NCBI GenBank assembly: GCA_945957175.1 | Contig: CAMFJL010000004.1 | Coordinates: forward strand, 21,994 to 85,993 | Direction: 5' to 3' | DNA: 64,000 bases | DNA from: an uncultured Legionellales bacterium | Lineage (GTDB): Bacteria > Pseudomonadota > Gammaproteobacteria > UBA1113 | Part shown: positions 10,495 to 22,126 of the stretch, piece after piece | Layout: each line of letters begins with the position of its first letter | Position numbering within the stretch: position 1 is the stretch's first letter | Translations under genes and position numbers: made by a program | The notes under the pieces: model-generated | What the model was told of the DNA's origin: nothing | What the model saw: only the letters and a program-made list of their open reading frames with translations | Database searches by the model: none

Positions 10495-11892
10495 TTGAGT
10501 ATTATTATGAGGTTTGACGCGGTGATGGTACATGTGCGCACTTGTCGCTTGCTTGCGACTTTACTGATATCGTTTTGTCTATCAGGGTATGCGCAAACGC
10601 CCCCAACAACAGCCCAAACACATACAAAGGTACAACGCGCTAAGACATCCCCGTCCACCGTTGCTAAAATCCATAGCGACAGCAAACAAACAACACATCC
10701 CATTGAAGCGTCGTATAAACATACAGGGCAAAAACCTGTCAATAAGCCAAAGATACCGAGTGTACCTCAAAATTTGTGGCAGCAAATTGCGATTGATTTT
10801 AAATTACCACACCAAGAAAATCGCCCTGAGGTGCAGGCCCAAATTCATTGGTTTGTGTCTCATCCCAAATACCTATTAAGAGTTGCAAGCCACGCAAGTT
10901 ATTATATGTATTATATCCATGAACAAGTGGTTAAACGCCATTTACCTGGTGAACTTGTACTTTTACCTATGATAGAAAGTGCCTATGACCCTTATGCTTA
11001 TTCTTGGGTGGGCGCCGCCGGTATTTGGCAGATGATGCCACAAACAGGCCTTGGTTTTGGGTTGAAGCAAGATTGGTGGTATGATGCACGCAAATCCATC
11101 GCGCCCTCGACCAAAGCTGCGCTAGACTATTTATTCTACCTACATAATTTTTTCAACGGTGATTGGCTATTAGCAACTGCCGCTTATAACTACGGTGAAG
11201 GCAATGTACAAGCTGCCATTAATCGCAATGTCAGCGCAGGTAAAGCCTCTAATTTTTGGTCACTACAACTGCCCTTAGAAACAGAAAGTTATGTCCCACG
11301 CCTGCTCGCTTTATCCGCCATTGTTGCCAACCCAAGCAAATATGGCGTAACTTTACCTTATATTCCGAACAGACCCTATTTTGGTATTGTTGAGCTTCAT
11401 CAACAACTTGAAATGAGCCGCATTGCACAAATGGCAGATATCAGTTCCACTGAACTTTACGAGCTCAATCCTGGTTTTACACGTTTTGCAACGGAACCCG
11501 ATAGCCGTTATCAGTTATTACTACCTATCAGCAAAATTCCACTGTTTGAAGCCAATCTTTCAGGGGATCAGATGGATTACCGTCATCCTACAGAGCAACT
11601 TGTCGCGATGAATACACCACCTACCGCGACGCCCCCAACACCCGTGACCGCAAATAATACACCACAGTTACCAACAAGTTTTCATGCCTCACCGACAATG
11701 GCCACAGCACCCGTCAATGAGCACACCAACAAGGCCCATCAAACGACAACCCCTAAAACTTACATCGTTCAACCGCATCAAACTTTATATGCGATTGCAA
11801 AAAGTCATGGTCTAACCGTTAAGGAGCTTGAGGCAATGAATCACATCGGCAATCCTAACATTAAAGCTGGAGATGTATTAGTTGTAGGATAA
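10495..11892 (+). CDS. mltD: Membrane-bound lytic murein transglycosylase D (SLT + LysM)
   Basis: LPMIESAY, AAGIWQMM, AAYNYGEG, ETESYVP and a C-terminal LysM. The true start may be slightly downstream. Confidence 0.88.
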   Translation: MSIIMRFDAVMVHVRTCRLLATLLISFCLSGYAQTPPTTAQTHTKVQRAKTSPSTVAKIHSDSKQTTHPIEASYKHTGQKPVNKPKIPSVPQNLWQQIAIDFKLPHQENRPEVQAQIHWFVSHPKYLLRVASHASYYMYYIHEQVVKRHLPGELVLLPMIESAYDPYAYSWVGAAGIWQMMPQTGLGFGLKQDWWYDARKSIAPSTKAALDYLFYLHNFFNGDWLLATAAYNYGEGNVQAAINRNVSAGKASNFWSLQLPLETESYVPRLLALSAIVANPSKYGVTLPYIPNRPYFGIVELHQQLEMSRIAQMADISSTELYELNPGFTRFATEPDSRYQLLLPISKIPLFEANLSGDQMDYRHPTEQLVAMNTPPTATPPTPVTANNTPQLPTSFHASPTMATAPVNEHTNKAHQTTTPKTYIVQPHQTLYAIAKSHGLTVKELEAMNHIGNPNIKAGDVLVVG

Positions 11893-11968
11893 TACCCTTT
11901 GTCTTTTCATCTACATCATACGCTGTCATCGCTATGCGATGATTTTTCTACCCCAAAGACACTGGTAT
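11892..11968. repeat. Short internally deleted copy of the ERIC-like MITE
   Basis: ataccctttgtcttttca...tgtcatcgctatgcgatg...aaagacactggtat between convergent mltD and sspB. Confidence 0.5.
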
Positions 11969-12002
11969 GCTTTATACTTTTTTAAGAGTCACACGCTAGC
12001 AC

Positions 12003-12497
12003 TTACTTAATGATGTGTAGATAATCCGGCAACTTCTTGGGTTTGTCCTTGGTACTATCATCAGATTGCGTTGACGTTTGCGTCGTTTTTTCGCTGTCCT
12101 TGAAAGCCGAAGATTCAGTTGCAATAATTTCATGTGTAGGCGAAGCATCCCAGCCACCAATATCTTCAGACTCATCTTCAGAAAAGATCATACCTTTACC
12201 ATTTTCTCTCGCGTAAATGGCCAAAACTGCGGCAATGGGTGCTAAAACAATTTGTTGCACACCACCAAAACTTGCTTTAAATTGGATCTTCACATTATCC
12301 ATCACTAAAGCATCTACCGCTCTCATCGAAATGTTAAGCACAATTCGCCCATTTTCAATATATTGCCTTGGCACTTTTGTACCAGGATAATCTGTATTGA
12401 GAACGAGATAAGGTGTTTTTTCATTATCAACAATCCACTCGTAGAATGCTCTAATCAAGTAAGGCTTGGATGAGCTCATGTGTTCAATATCAGACAT
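12003..12497 (-). CDS. sspB: ClpXP adaptor SspB
   Basis: KPYLIRAFYEWIVDN, IVLNIS, AIYARENG and a C-terminal LHIIK XB-like motif. Confidence 0.95.
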   Translation of the reverse strand: MSDIEHMSSSKPYLIRAFYEWIVDNEKTPYLVLNTDYPGTKVPRQYIENGRIVLNISMRAVDALVMDNVKIQFKASFGGVQQIVLAPIAAVLAIYARENGKGMIFSEDESEDIGGWDASPTHEIIATESSAFKDSEKTTQTSTQSDDSTKDKPKKLPDYLHIIK

Positions 12498-12633
12498 AGT
12501 TTTTTACCTATTCAATACCCCCTTTCAAGTAAAGGGAATAATACACTCACAGCATATCAAGCATGCCCGGCACATATTTAGAATTGTACCAAGTTTAAAC
12601 TATTTATACTAATGCTTTTTTGTTAACTCTATG

Positions 12634-15105
12634 TTACACAGGATGAATAAACTTTCCTTCGGTATCGACTAAATGCACTTCTCTAACCAGTGTTTGCGGT
12701 GCAAAATCATCGACGGCAATCACTTCCTGTCTTTCTTTCTCTAATTGTTTAAGTTGCAATGCTTCTTCTTCCGTTAGCCAATGCGCCTGTACCGCAGCCT
12801 CTAATTGCTCACGATAGCTTTGCTTCATGAGCTTATGATGTTTAATAAATCGTTGTAGCTGCCCTTCTAACAAGGCTAATTTATCCTGTGTTGCAAGTAA
12901 TACTTGCATCTTACCTACCCAATTAAATTGGCTGGGTTCAAGATAAGCATCCGCAATAAGTCGTTCTCTTGCAGGACTTGGCACTTGTATCCAATCCGCT
13001 AATTGAAATGTCAACAGATCCTCAGGTGGCAAAAATCGATTACCTAATGGAAACAAAGTCATACGTAGCTTATGTCTTTGCCAACGGTGGGGAAAATTAC
13101 GCGCAATACCTTGGAGTGCCTCTGCTGTTTTGGCATATAAGTATTGCATGGCCCAGTGAAATAATGGTGCTTCTTCAGGTGAATACTGATTGTCATGATA
13201 TTGCTTCATCACGGATGCCGCTAAATATAAATAGCTTAATGCATCTGCAAATCTTGCAGAGAGTCCTTCTCGACGTTTAAGTCCGGCACCTAAACTCATC
13301 ATGGCCACATCTACAGCAAATGCAAAGCTTGAACATAGACGTGTATATTGCTGTTGATAACGATGCAATGGGCCTTTTGGTGCATAAATGAAATGCCCGC
13401 CCGATAAGGCATAACCCAAACTTGCCAAACCATTTTGAACAGCAAAACCAAGATGCTCAAATACCAAAGCATCAAAGGCAACTAACTGCGCTGCTGGATT
13501 GTCCATATGCGCTAACTCAAGTTCCTTAAGTGCATAAGGATGACAACGAATCGCGCCTTGCCCGAAAATAATCATGTTGCGCGTAAGAATATTGGCGCCC
13601 TCAACGGTGATACTGATAGGTGACGCTATAAAAGTTCTGGCAAGATAATTCCGTGGCCCCATGCAAATACCTTTGCCTGCATGCAAATCCATCGCATGGG
13701 TCACAACCTCTCGCCCCATCTCCGTGAGATGATACTTTACGATGCCAGAAATAACGCTGGGATGCTCACCACTATCTAACATGCTCATCGTCAAACATCT
13801 TGCTGCATTGGCAATATAGGTTAAGCCAACCATACGGCCCAACACAGATTTAACACCTTCATAATGACCAATAGGCTGCTTAAATTGCTTACGAATAGCC
13901 GTATATGCGCTTGTAGCTGCCAACGCCATTTCACTAGAACCAACGCCTGCTGCAGGTAAACTAATAGCGCGCCCTGCGGCCAAACACTCAGCAAGCATGC
14001 GCCAACCTTGGCCGGCCATACCTATACCACCTATCAAAGCATCAAGTGGCACAAACACGTCCCGTCCTTGTGTCGGTCCATTTTGAAAGGGAATAGCCGT
14101 AGGCAAATGCCGTCGTCCAATAACAATACCAGGTGTATCGGCTGGAATAAGCGCGCAACTGATGCCAAGATACGTCTTATCACCAAGCAAATGATCGGGA
14201 TCATATAATTTAAAGGCTAAACCAATCACTGTTGCAATAGGCGCTAGGCTAATATAACGCTTGTCCCACTGAAGCTTAATGCCCAATGTTGTTTTGCCTT
14301 CCCATATGCCCTCACAAATGATACCTGTATCTGGCATATGTGCAGCATCTGATCCCGCCGTTGGGCCCGTCAATGCAAAACAGGGAATATCTTCTCCATT
14401 CGCAAGTCGTGGCAAATAATAATCCTTTTGTGCTTGCGTACCGTAGTTAACAAGCAACTCAGCAGGCCCTAAAGCGTTGGGCACAGAAACAAAAACCCCA
14501 GCGGTCATACTCACACTGGTTATTTTTGTAATGACTTGCGAATGCGCGTACGCCGAAAAACCCTTTCCCCCGTAAGCTTTAGGAATAATGAGCCCCAAAA
14601 AACCTTGCTTGCGTATAAACTGCCATACCACAGGCGGTAAATCAGCGCGGTTATGACAGATATCCCAATCATCCAGCATGGCACAAAGTTCGTTGACGGG
14701 TCCATCGAGAAAAGCTTGCTCTTCTTCTGTTAACGATGGTGGTTGATATGCCAATAATTGTTGCCAATCAGGCTGGCCCGTAAAAATCTGAGCATCCCAA
14801 CTCACCGTGCCTGCGCGAATTGCTTCGGCCTCAGTTGCTGATAAGCTTGGCCTCATGTGAAGATAGTGCTTTAGCATCCAACGACTTAGCAACTGACGCC
14901 TTATCGATGTCACGCCCAGCAATAAGAAAAGGAGTGCTAAAATTAAATCCACAATACCAAAGGTCCATATCGAGACATCAAGCAAACTGCTCAATAAGAG
15001 CCATACAACAATACTTGCCACACCCCAGACACTAAGAGCAGCCCGTTTGGCCGCCAATACAAAGACGTATGCGCCGATGCCTATGATCCAAATCAATGCA
15101 CTCAC
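12634..15105 (-). CDS. fadE: Acyl-CoA dehydrogenase FadE
   Basis: N-terminal TM; PCFALTGPTAGSDA, ITVEGANILTR, AIRCHPY; about 820 aa. Confidence 0.93.
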   Translation of the reverse strand: MSALIWIIGIGAYVFVLAAKRAALSVWGVASIVVWLLLSSLLDVSIWTFGIVDLILALLFLLLGVTSIRRQLLSRWMLKHYLHMRPSLSATEAEAIRAGTVSWDAQIFTGQPDWQQLLAYQPPSLTEEEQAFLDGPVNELCAMLDDWDICHNRADLPPVVWQFIRKQGFLGLIIPKAYGGKGFSAYAHSQVITKITSVSMTAGVFVSVPNALGPAELLVNYGTQAQKDYYLPRLANGEDIPCFALTGPTAGSDAAHMPDTGIICEGIWEGKTTLGIKLQWDKRYISLAPIATVIGLAFKLYDPDHLLGDKTYLGISCALIPADTPGIVIGRRHLPTAIPFQNGPTQGRDVFVPLDALIGGIGMAGQGWRMLAECLAAGRAISLPAAGVGSSEMALAATSAYTAIRKQFKQPIGHYEGVKSVLGRMVGLTYIANAARCLTMSMLDSGEHPSVISGIVKYHLTEMGREVVTHAMDLHAGKGICMGPRNYLARTFIASPISITVEGANILTRNMIIFGQGAIRCHPYALKELELAHMDNPAAQLVAFDALVFEHLGFAVQNGLASLGYALSGGHFIYAPKGPLHRYQQQYTRLCSSFAFAVDVAMMSLGAGLKRREGLSARFADALSYLYLAASVMKQYHDNQYSPEEAPLFHWAMQYLYAKTAEALQGIARNFPHRWQRHKLRMTLFPLGNRFLPPEDLLTFQLADWIQVPSPARERLIADAYLEPSQFNWVGKMQVLLATQDKLALLEGQLQRFIKHHKLMKQSYREQLEAAVQAHWLTEEEALQLKQLEKERQEVIAVDDFAPQTLVREVHLVDTEGKFIHPV

Positions 15106-15331
15106 CTAACCCCCTTGATCAACCACAGCCCTACTTCTCATTGTAAATCAAAATGATTGTTTGTGCTGAGCTTTCGCTTATGTGTGGGAAGATGTGAACA
15201 AAGAAAAAAAGCAACGCTCTTTCCGCACGAGCATCCTTGCAAGGTTGATGCGGCATTGGTGGCTGTCTGTCGATGGGCCGGCAGGACACCGGCCCCTAGA
15301 AATGAATATCGAGAAAACGCTCTGAGTATCG

Positions 15332-16186
15332 TTATAGTGCACTTGGTCCTTGCGAAGACGCTGCCGTTGTCGCACCAGGTAGCTCGCTTGATGCGGCTTT
15401 GATACCCCATGTGATATAAAATAAATTAATAATCACACCACCTATCCATGCATGCGGCACATAAACATTCAAGAGAGCCCCTATCGTAGAAAGCATGATA
15501 ACCGGCGTCTGTGCGACAACCACGATACGTAAAACACTCACGTAAGATAGCGTTGATTTAAGACATTTAGCAATCACAATACTACCGATGATCGAGTAGA
15601 TAAGGCTTGCCAAAATACGATAAATATAAGCGCTGATTAACAGGCTTAAGCCCACAAAAACAATACCCCAGCGTTTCGCTTGCTCCGCAAATGCATTTGC
15701 CGAGTCTGAGGTAATCGTCACGTTCAACGACTGCGGATACGTATGTACCGTCATCGCACCCGAGCTTTCAGCAACATACATAGCATCTGGCTTCAGCACG
15801 ACAGCTGCAGAAGATGTACTGTCATTATTATATTTGCCCGTGGGATCGAAAACAATCCAGGGATTACCCGAGGTATTTTCAATCACATGCACCTTACCGT
15901 CTGCCAGCGTCATTTTCCCATCAGCAAAGCTCACCACTGGTAGCTGCGGTATGTAGTTGGCTTGAATGTTCGTGATTTCACTGCGTAGGTAAATATTGGA
16001 AAAGATGCTCAATACTACACTACACACGAATAACAGAAAGAATAGATAAGCAAAACCGGTACCGCGCCAATGAAGGCCAACATCTCGATAAAACGCTTTT
16101 GAAAACCAACTGCGCCAAAAGCCGTGCCACCAACCATAGCTTGAATGTGCCATATTAAGGCTCCTTCCATAAAAGTCATTAACCAT
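15332..16186 (-). CDS. Membrane protein, DUF1189-like
   Basis: SWFSKAFYRDVGLHWRGTGFAYL N-terminus, periplasmic loop and several C-terminal TM segments. Confidence 0.6.
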   Translation of the reverse strand: MVNDFYGRSLNMAHSSYGWWHGFWRSWFSKAFYRDVGLHWRGTGFAYLFFLLFVCSVVLSIFSNIYLRSEITNIQANYIPQLPVVSFADGKMTLADGKVHVIENTSGNPWIVFDPTGKYNNDSTSSAAVVLKPDAMYVAESSGAMTVHTYPQSLNVTITSDSANAFAEQAKRWGIVFVGLSLLISAYIYRILASLIYSIIGSIVIAKCLKSTLSYVSVLRIVVVAQTPVIMLSTIGALLNVYVPHAWIGGVIINLFYITWGIKAASSELPGATTAASSQGPSAL

Positions 16187-16253
16187 TATCGTCTAAGAAT
16201 GGTGATTTTGCCAACCAAACCCTCAAAATGTTACAATTGGCGATTAGCTAACG

Positions 16254-16898
16254 GTGAGTATCCTATTGTTGAGTACTTTAACAGACATTTCGATAAGACA
16301 TTGGGGTCTTGCAGACTACGTTAACGTTTGGGAAGCAATGCAAGACTTTACCAATCAACGTCATGAGACGACACCCGACGAGATATGGGTTGTTGAGCAT
16401 CCACCCGTCTTCACGCAAGGGCAAAATGGCAAGGCCGAACACTTGCTACATGTCGGTGACATTCCTGTGGTGCATGTGGATAGAGGCGGTCAAGTGACTT
16501 ATCACGGTCCAGGCCAAGTTGTCATTTATCCACTTATCGATATTGCTCGGCGTGGCCTCGCGGTTCGCCCATTTGTGACCCTTATTGAGCAAACGATGAT
16601 TACTGTATTGGCCGAATACGGCATTCTTGCCCAAGCAAGAACTGAGGCCCCAGGTGTCTATGTTGGCGATGAGAAAATCGCATCTTTGGGATTGCGCATA
16701 CGTCAAGGACGTAGTTACCATGGCCTTGCGTTTAATGTTAAAATGGACTTAGAACCCTTTGCACGCATTAATCCTTGCGGACTTCGTGGGATGAAAATGA
16801 CACAACTCGTAAACTTTGTACCCGACATCAAACCTGCTATCATTGCTGACAAACTAAGCCAAGGTCTTATACAAGCTATTTCGCGGAGTATTTCATGA
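16254..16898 (+). CDS. lipB: Lipoyl(octanoyl) transferase
   Basis: [32 protein letters not shown]. Confidence 0.97.
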   Translation: MSILLLSTLTDISIRHWGLADYVNVWEAMQDFTNQRHETTPDEIWVVEHPPVFTQGQNGKAEHLLHVGDIPVVHVDRGGQVTYHGPGQVVIYPLIDIARRGLAVRPFVTLIEQTMITVLAEYGILAQARTEAPGVYVGDEKIASLGLRIRQGRSYHGLAFNVKMDLEPFARINPCGLRGMKMTQLVNFVPDIKPAIIADKLSQGLIQAISRSIS

Positions 16899-17854
16899 GT
16901 CAAACGACTGCACCTAGAAACCCTTCTGAGAAAGTACGTGGTGCTGAGAAAATGGCGCGTATTCGCGTTGAATTTGAACAACCCACCACGCGAATCCCCA
17001 AACCCGACTGGATTCGTGTGCGCATCCCGCATACTGACAATATTGGCAAACTCAAAGATGTCTTGCGAGCCAATAAGCTGCACACCGTATGTGAAGAAGC
17101 TTCCTGCCCCAATTTGCCCGAATGTTTTGGTAAAGGCACAGCAACCTTCATGATTATGGGTGATAAATGTACAAGACGATGCACATTTTGTGATGTTGGC
17201 CACGGAAGACCTGACCCTCTTGATGTCAACGAGCCTCAGCATCTAGCACAAACCGTTGCTGCCATGGGACTTAACTACGTTGTTATCACTTCCGTTGACC
17301 GAGATGACTTACGTGATGGTGGCGCTAGCCATTTTGCGGCATGCATACGTGAAACCCGTCTCGCCAACCCTAACATTAAAATTGAGATATTAGTGCCTGA
17401 TTTTCGAGGCCGCATGCATCCAGCGCTCAGTCAGCTTGCACACGCACTACCCGATGTTTTTAATCATAATATTGAAACCGTACCCAGGTTATATAAAGCA
17501 GCAAGGCCCGGTTCAGACTATCAAGCGTCATTAACCTTATTAAAGACATTTAAGGATGAGTTCCCCCACGTTCCAACGAAATCTGGCATTATGCTTGGCC
17601 TTGGCGAAACCTTTGAAGAAGTGATTGCAGTGCTTCACGACCTCAAAACCCATCGCATTGATAGAGTAACCCTTGGACAATACTTGCAACCAAGTCAACA
17701 TCACATTCCTGTCTCAAGGTATGTTACGCCTGATGAATTTAAAACACTCGCTGAGATAGGCACAAAGCTTGGTTTCAGCCACGTTGCCAGTGGTCCACTG
17801 GTGCGCTCCTCGTATCATGCAGATAAGCAGGATGCGGGTGACATCGTCTGTTAG
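16895..17854 (+). CDS. lipA: Lipoyl synthase
   Basis: [26 protein letters not shown]. Confidence 0.98.
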   Translation: MSQTTAPRNPSEKVRGAEKMARIRVEFEQPTTRIPKPDWIRVRIPHTDNIGKLKDVLRANKLHTVCEEASCPNLPECFGKGTATFMIMGDKCTRRCTFCDVGHGRPDPLDVNEPQHLAQTVAAMGLNYVVITSVDRDDLRDGGASHFAACIRETRLANPNIKIEILVPDFRGRMHPALSQLAHALPDVFNHNIETVPRLYKAARPGSDYQASLTLLKTFKDEFPHVPTKSGIMLGLGETFEEVIAVLHDLKTHRIDRVTLGQYLQPSQHHIPVSRYVTPDEFKTLAEIGTKLGFSHVASGPLVRSSYHADKQDAGDIVC

Positions 17855-17870
17855 TACAATGGCTTAACCT

Positions 17871-20027
17871 ATGTCACTGATTGATCACCTCAAACCGTTT
17901 ATGCAATGGCTGCATTATCATCCGGATCTTGCTGCCTTGATTACTTTTTTAATTGCCATGGGTGAGTCCCTTGCTTTTTTTGGGCTCATCATCCCAGGCT
18001 CGGTTATCATGAGTGCTGTTGGTACCCTTATCGGTGCCGGGATTATTCCAGGTTTACCTATAACCCTATGGGCCATTGTCGGCGCTATTGTCGGAGATAG
18101 CATAAGCTATTACGCCGGCTATCGTTATACCCAAAGTATCAGGCATGTTTGGCCTTTTAAACGCTATCCTCAATGGATTACCAAAGCTGAAGACTTCTTT
18201 GCTAAACATGGTGGCAAAAGCGTTTTTCTTGGTCGATTTGTGGGGCCCATGCGCCCGATCATACCTGTAGTCGCTGGCATGATGAAGCTTAAACCCGTTA
18301 AATTCTTCTTATCATGCACCATTGCCAGTGCTCTATGGGCCCCCATCTACATGTTGCCAGGTATCCTCATAGGAGCCGCCTCACAAGAACTTGCCCCAGA
18401 AACAGCAACACGATTTGTAGCGACCATTTTACTGCTGCTATTTGCTTTTATATTAACCGCTTGGTTATTTCGATGGCTTATCAGTAAACTCATGCAGCAA
18501 ATCGATCGCATGATGGCCTATCTTTGGCAAAATTTATATATTAACTCTAAGCATTATTGGATTAAACGTTGGTTAACCGACCCCGCGGATCCACTTAGTC
18601 ATAGTCAGTTAAATCGCGCTGTTTTTTCTATTTTTTTGATTCTACTTTTTATATTGCTTGCTATCGATATCAGTGGACACGGTTTATTTTATCATTTAAA
18701 TCAACCTATTCATCAGTTATTCCTTAATATCCACAGCATCATCATGACCAAATTGATGGTATGCATCAGCTTGCTTGCTGATAGTGCCGTGCTTGTACCG
18801 ATGGTGTTGATACTGATGGGTTGGATGTCGTTACAGCGTTACTGGCGCGCAGGACTTCATTTACTCGGCGTAGTCGTACTCACGCTTATTATGGTAAAAC
18901 TTGCCCAAATGAGTATTCAATCACCAAGACCTGATGGCTTACTTTATAGCATCAGCGGCAACCCCTTTCCTAGTGAAGGCACTGCGCTTGCTATTGCCGT
19001 CTATGGCTTTCTTGCGTTACTGATAAGCAAACACTTCGCTACACCCAAAATAAAACGCTACATCTATTGGAGTGTAGCCGTTGTTTGCATTCTCATCGTA
19101 TGCTCATGTATTTATCTCGGAGCCCATTGGCTGACAGATATCCTCGCAGGCACTATCATCGGCTTAATCGCAACCACAGTGACGGGTTTTTCTTTCTTTC
19201 ATAGACCCTCACCTCGAATTCAATTACCGGGGCTTTTAGTACTGATTGCAATAAGCCTAGGGCTGACACTCACCTGGCAAGTGACGCATAATTATCGAGA
19301 AATGGCACAAATTTATACACCCTACTGGCCAAAGTATACAGCAACCCAAGCTGATTGGTGGGATGGCCGATGCAACACGATACCTTTATTTAGGCCCAAT
19401 CGACTAGGTCATCCAGTCCAAACCATGAATATTCAATGGGCTGGACAAATCAGCGATATTGAAGATGTATTCACAAACCATGATTGGCACCCCGTACCCA
19501 AGCTTGATGTTATTGATCTCGTTAATCGTGTGTCGTCACACGATAAAGAAAAACGTATTCCACTGTTACCGCCACTTTATTTGGGTCAACCACCAGTGTT
19601 TGAAGCTTCAAAGATTGATCCTGTCACAAAACAGCTCATGCTAGTACGCATTTGGTCAGCCAATATCCAATTTAGCGATGTTAATTTACCGCTATGGGTA
19701 GGTACTATCAGTTATCAACTGCCACAAGATCATAAATTTTGGTTGGGCAGTCGCATGCAGAGCAGATGGGCGAGACTACCCTATCCAACGCACGATTTAA
19801 GTCAAATACTAGGCCCTCAGTTCACTTGGGAAGTTGTGCATTACGACCCTCAGGCAAAACCACGACATATCAAAGATTATTTATGGATAGAAGGTGTTAT
19901 TTATATTAAACCAACACCACCGGCACCTACACCGAAAACAAGGCGATCGATGCGACGGCATGCGCACTATCATAGTCAACAAGTGTATGCGAAACATATC
20001 AAATCGCGCCAAAACGTCCAAGGCTGA
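17871..20027 (+). CDS. DedA/VTT + PAP2 + LssY-C-like membrane protein
   Basis: GRFVGPMR DedA motif, degenerate PAP2 motifs (SPRP, FPSEG, HWLTD) and a C-terminal soluble domain as in Legionella LssY. Confidence 0.8.
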   Translation: MSLIDHLKPFMQWLHYHPDLAALITFLIAMGESLAFFGLIIPGSVIMSAVGTLIGAGIIPGLPITLWAIVGAIVGDSISYYAGYRYTQSIRHVWPFKRYPQWITKAEDFFAKHGGKSVFLGRFVGPMRPIIPVVAGMMKLKPVKFFLSCTIASALWAPIYMLPGILIGAASQELAPETATRFVATILLLLFAFILTAWLFRWLISKLMQQIDRMMAYLWQNLYINSKHYWIKRWLTDPADPLSHSQLNRAVFSIFLILLFILLAIDISGHGLFYHLNQPIHQLFLNIHSIIMTKLMVCISLLADSAVLVPMVLILMGWMSLQRYWRAGLHLLGVVVLTLIMVKLAQMSIQSPRPDGLLYSISGNPFPSEGTALAIAVYGFLALLISKHFATPKIKRYIYWSVAVVCILIVCSCIYLGAHWLTDILAGTIIGLIATTVTGFSFFHRPSPRIQLPGLLVLIAISLGLTLTWQVTHNYREMAQIYTPYWPKYTATQADWWDGRCNTIPLFRPNRLGHPVQTMNIQWAGQISDIEDVFTNHDWHPVPKLDVIDLVNRVSSHDKEKRIPLLPPLYLGQPPVFEASKIDPVTKQLMLVRIWSANIQFSDVNLPLWVGTISYQLPQDHKFWLGSRMQSRWARLPYPTHDLSQILGPQFTWEVVHYDPQAKPRHIKDYLWIEGVIYIKPTPPAPTPKTRRSMRRHAHYHSQQVYAKHIKSRQNVQG

Positions 20028-20044
20028 ATCGTGTAGATTGAATA

Positions 20045-22126
20045 TTATGATGATGCTTGCGGTAATGGCTGTAATGATAAAAACTGTTGCCACGCTTGGT
20101 TGAGTGCATCCATTTCTGCGAATAAGGCATTAAGTTGTGCTTGGCATCCCTGTAAATCCTGGGTATTTTTCAATTGTTGCTGTAAAGATTGCACCGCTGC
20201 CATCATTCTAGGTACGCCCAAATAACATAAACCACCATGGAATCGGTGCAACACAGCCCGTACAGCTTGCACATCTTGCGTATCAAAGGCCTGCGTTATT
20301 GCTTTCTTCTCGGCAGGAAACGTTGTCACTAATGCGTTCAATAACTCGCACGCAAGTGACTCACGACCATTCACCATACTGAGCGATAAATCCCAATCAA
20401 TAATATCGTTGGAACCTTGTTCCAATGCTGGCACCACATTCTCTGAGAATGCTGGATTCATAACATAGATATCAAGTAAATGTTGCGCCCGTACAGCCAT
20501 CAGCGGCTTACATAATACGGTATTAAAACCTGCTTCAAGTGCTGCTTTATGGCGTTGAACATCATTGTGCGCAGTTAACGCAACCATCGGTGTACGATAA
20601 TTAAGATGCTTCGCATTGTGTTTAACCTCTCGTGCTAATTCATCGCCGCTACCATCTGGCAAGCCCAAATCAGCCAGCACCAAATCGTACATCTTTTGTT
20701 TTAATAATTGTCGGGCTGATTGCACATTGACCGCTGTATCAACATGGACCGAAACACCCAGCTGTTTCCAGATCTGCTCCGCTGCAAATAAAGCCAAGGA
20801 GTCATCTTCTATCATTAAAATTTGGGGTTGTTTTGTCTGTATCGAGGCTGCCGGCTTAGACTTAGGCGCATCGGGAACAAGAGCGGGCTTTGTTTCTTCT
20901 GAGGCAACACCAACAATATATTGATATCTATCTGAGGCAGATTTAGGTGTATCCGGTGATACATCAATGTCTATATCGACGGTAAAACAAGTACCTTTGC
21001 CTTCTACACTACTTACCGATACATGCCCACCTAATTCTTCTGTGAATTGTTTAACAATGAATAGACCCAGCCCTGAACCCTTATACAATTGTGTATCCGA
21101 CGGATTCAATCGTGAAAATTTCTCAAAGATTTGTTCTGTTTTATCCGAAGGAATGCCAACGCCAGTATCCTCAACCATAAACCTAAGGGTACACTTGGCT
21201 TTCTCTTTATTTAAAAACGCCACGCGTAAGGTTACCCCACCCGTTTGAGTGAATTTAATAGCATTGCCAATTAAATTAATTAAAATTTTCTTGAGTCGGT
21301 GCTCATCGCTGATAATGCCAGCAGGCACATTTTCGGCAATATCCAGCTTAAGATAAAGGCCTCTTGCAATAACAGCTGCGCTGTTTAAATCAATCACTTG
21401 ATTAACTAAGTCAATAAGTAATATAGATGTTAACTGTACTCTTTCATCGCCATACGCCACATTCTCAAAGTCGATAACTTCATTGCAAATATTTAATAAC
21501 TGCTCAGCTGCTTTCACAACCAATGGCAGGACTTCTTGCAACTCCTGAGGATTCGGTTTTTGCACATAACTATTTAATACTGACCAAATACCTGAAATAG
21601 GCGTACGAATATCATGTTGCATATTTCGGATAAATTCAGTTTTGAGCTTATTAGCAGCCTCAGCGCGTTCTTTTGCCTCAACTAGCTCTTGCGTGATTCT
21701 TTTTCTTTCCGTAATATCAACAGATATCCCAATAATACCAACCGTATCACCGGCTTCATCTTTTAGTGGTGCTTTTTTTGTAAGCATCGAAATTTGTTGT
21801 TTATTTTCTAGTACTGGATGCTCTTCAGTTTCAACTTCTTGACCTGACTCCATCACTTCTAAATCAACTCTACGAATATCGTCAGCAACTACTTTCCATG
21901 GTAACTCATCGTCAGTTTTGTTATAAATATCACGAATGTCATGGATACCTGCCATTTGTAATAGAAAATCATTACACCCAAGGTATCTGCCTTGAACATC
22001 TTTCCAATATACACTGCCTGGTATTTTTTTAATAATACTTTTTAGATAAAAAAGCTCTTTGTTTTGTTTTTCAATGATTGCCTGCAATTCAGAAGTCTTG
22101 CTTGAAAAAGGCGAATCATTTTGCAT
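20045..22126 (-). CDS. Soluble hybrid sensor kinase (PAS-HisKA-HATPase-REC-HPt)
   Basis: PGSVYWKD..GRYLGCN PAS; MQHDIRTP H-box; NAIKFT, DTGVG, GSGLGL; DLGLPD receiver; LHRFHG HPt; no TM helix. Confidence 0.92.
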   Translation of the reverse strand: MQNDSPFSSKTSELQAIIEKQNKELFYLKSIIKKIPGSVYWKDVQGRYLGCNDFLLQMAGIHDIRDIYNKTDDELPWKVVADDIRRVDLEVMESGQEVETEEHPVLENKQQISMLTKKAPLKDEAGDTVGIIGISVDITERKRITQELVEAKERAEAANKLKTEFIRNMQHDIRTPISGIWSVLNSYVQKPNPQELQEVLPLVVKAAEQLLNICNEVIDFENVAYGDERVQLTSILLIDLVNQVIDLNSAAVIARGLYLKLDIAENVPAGIISDEHRLKKILINLIGNAIKFTQTGGVTLRVAFLNKEKAKCTLRFMVEDTGVGIPSDKTEQIFEKFSRLNPSDTQLYKGSGLGLFIVKQFTEELGGHVSVSSVEGKGTCFTVDIDIDVSPDTPKSASDRYQYIVGVASEETKPALVPDAPKSKPAASIQTKQPQILMIEDDSLALFAAEQIWKQLGVSVHVDTAVNVQSARQLLKQKMYDLVLADLGLPDGSGDELAREVKHNAKHLNYRTPMVALTAHNDVQRHKAALEAGFNTVLCKPLMAVRAQHLLDIYVMNPAFSENVVPALEQGSNDIIDWDLSLSMVNGRESLACELLNALVTTFPAEKKAITQAFDTQDVQAVRAVLHRFHGGLCYLGVPRMMAAVQSLQQQLKNTQDLQGCQAQLNALFAEMDALNQAWQQFLSLQPLPQASS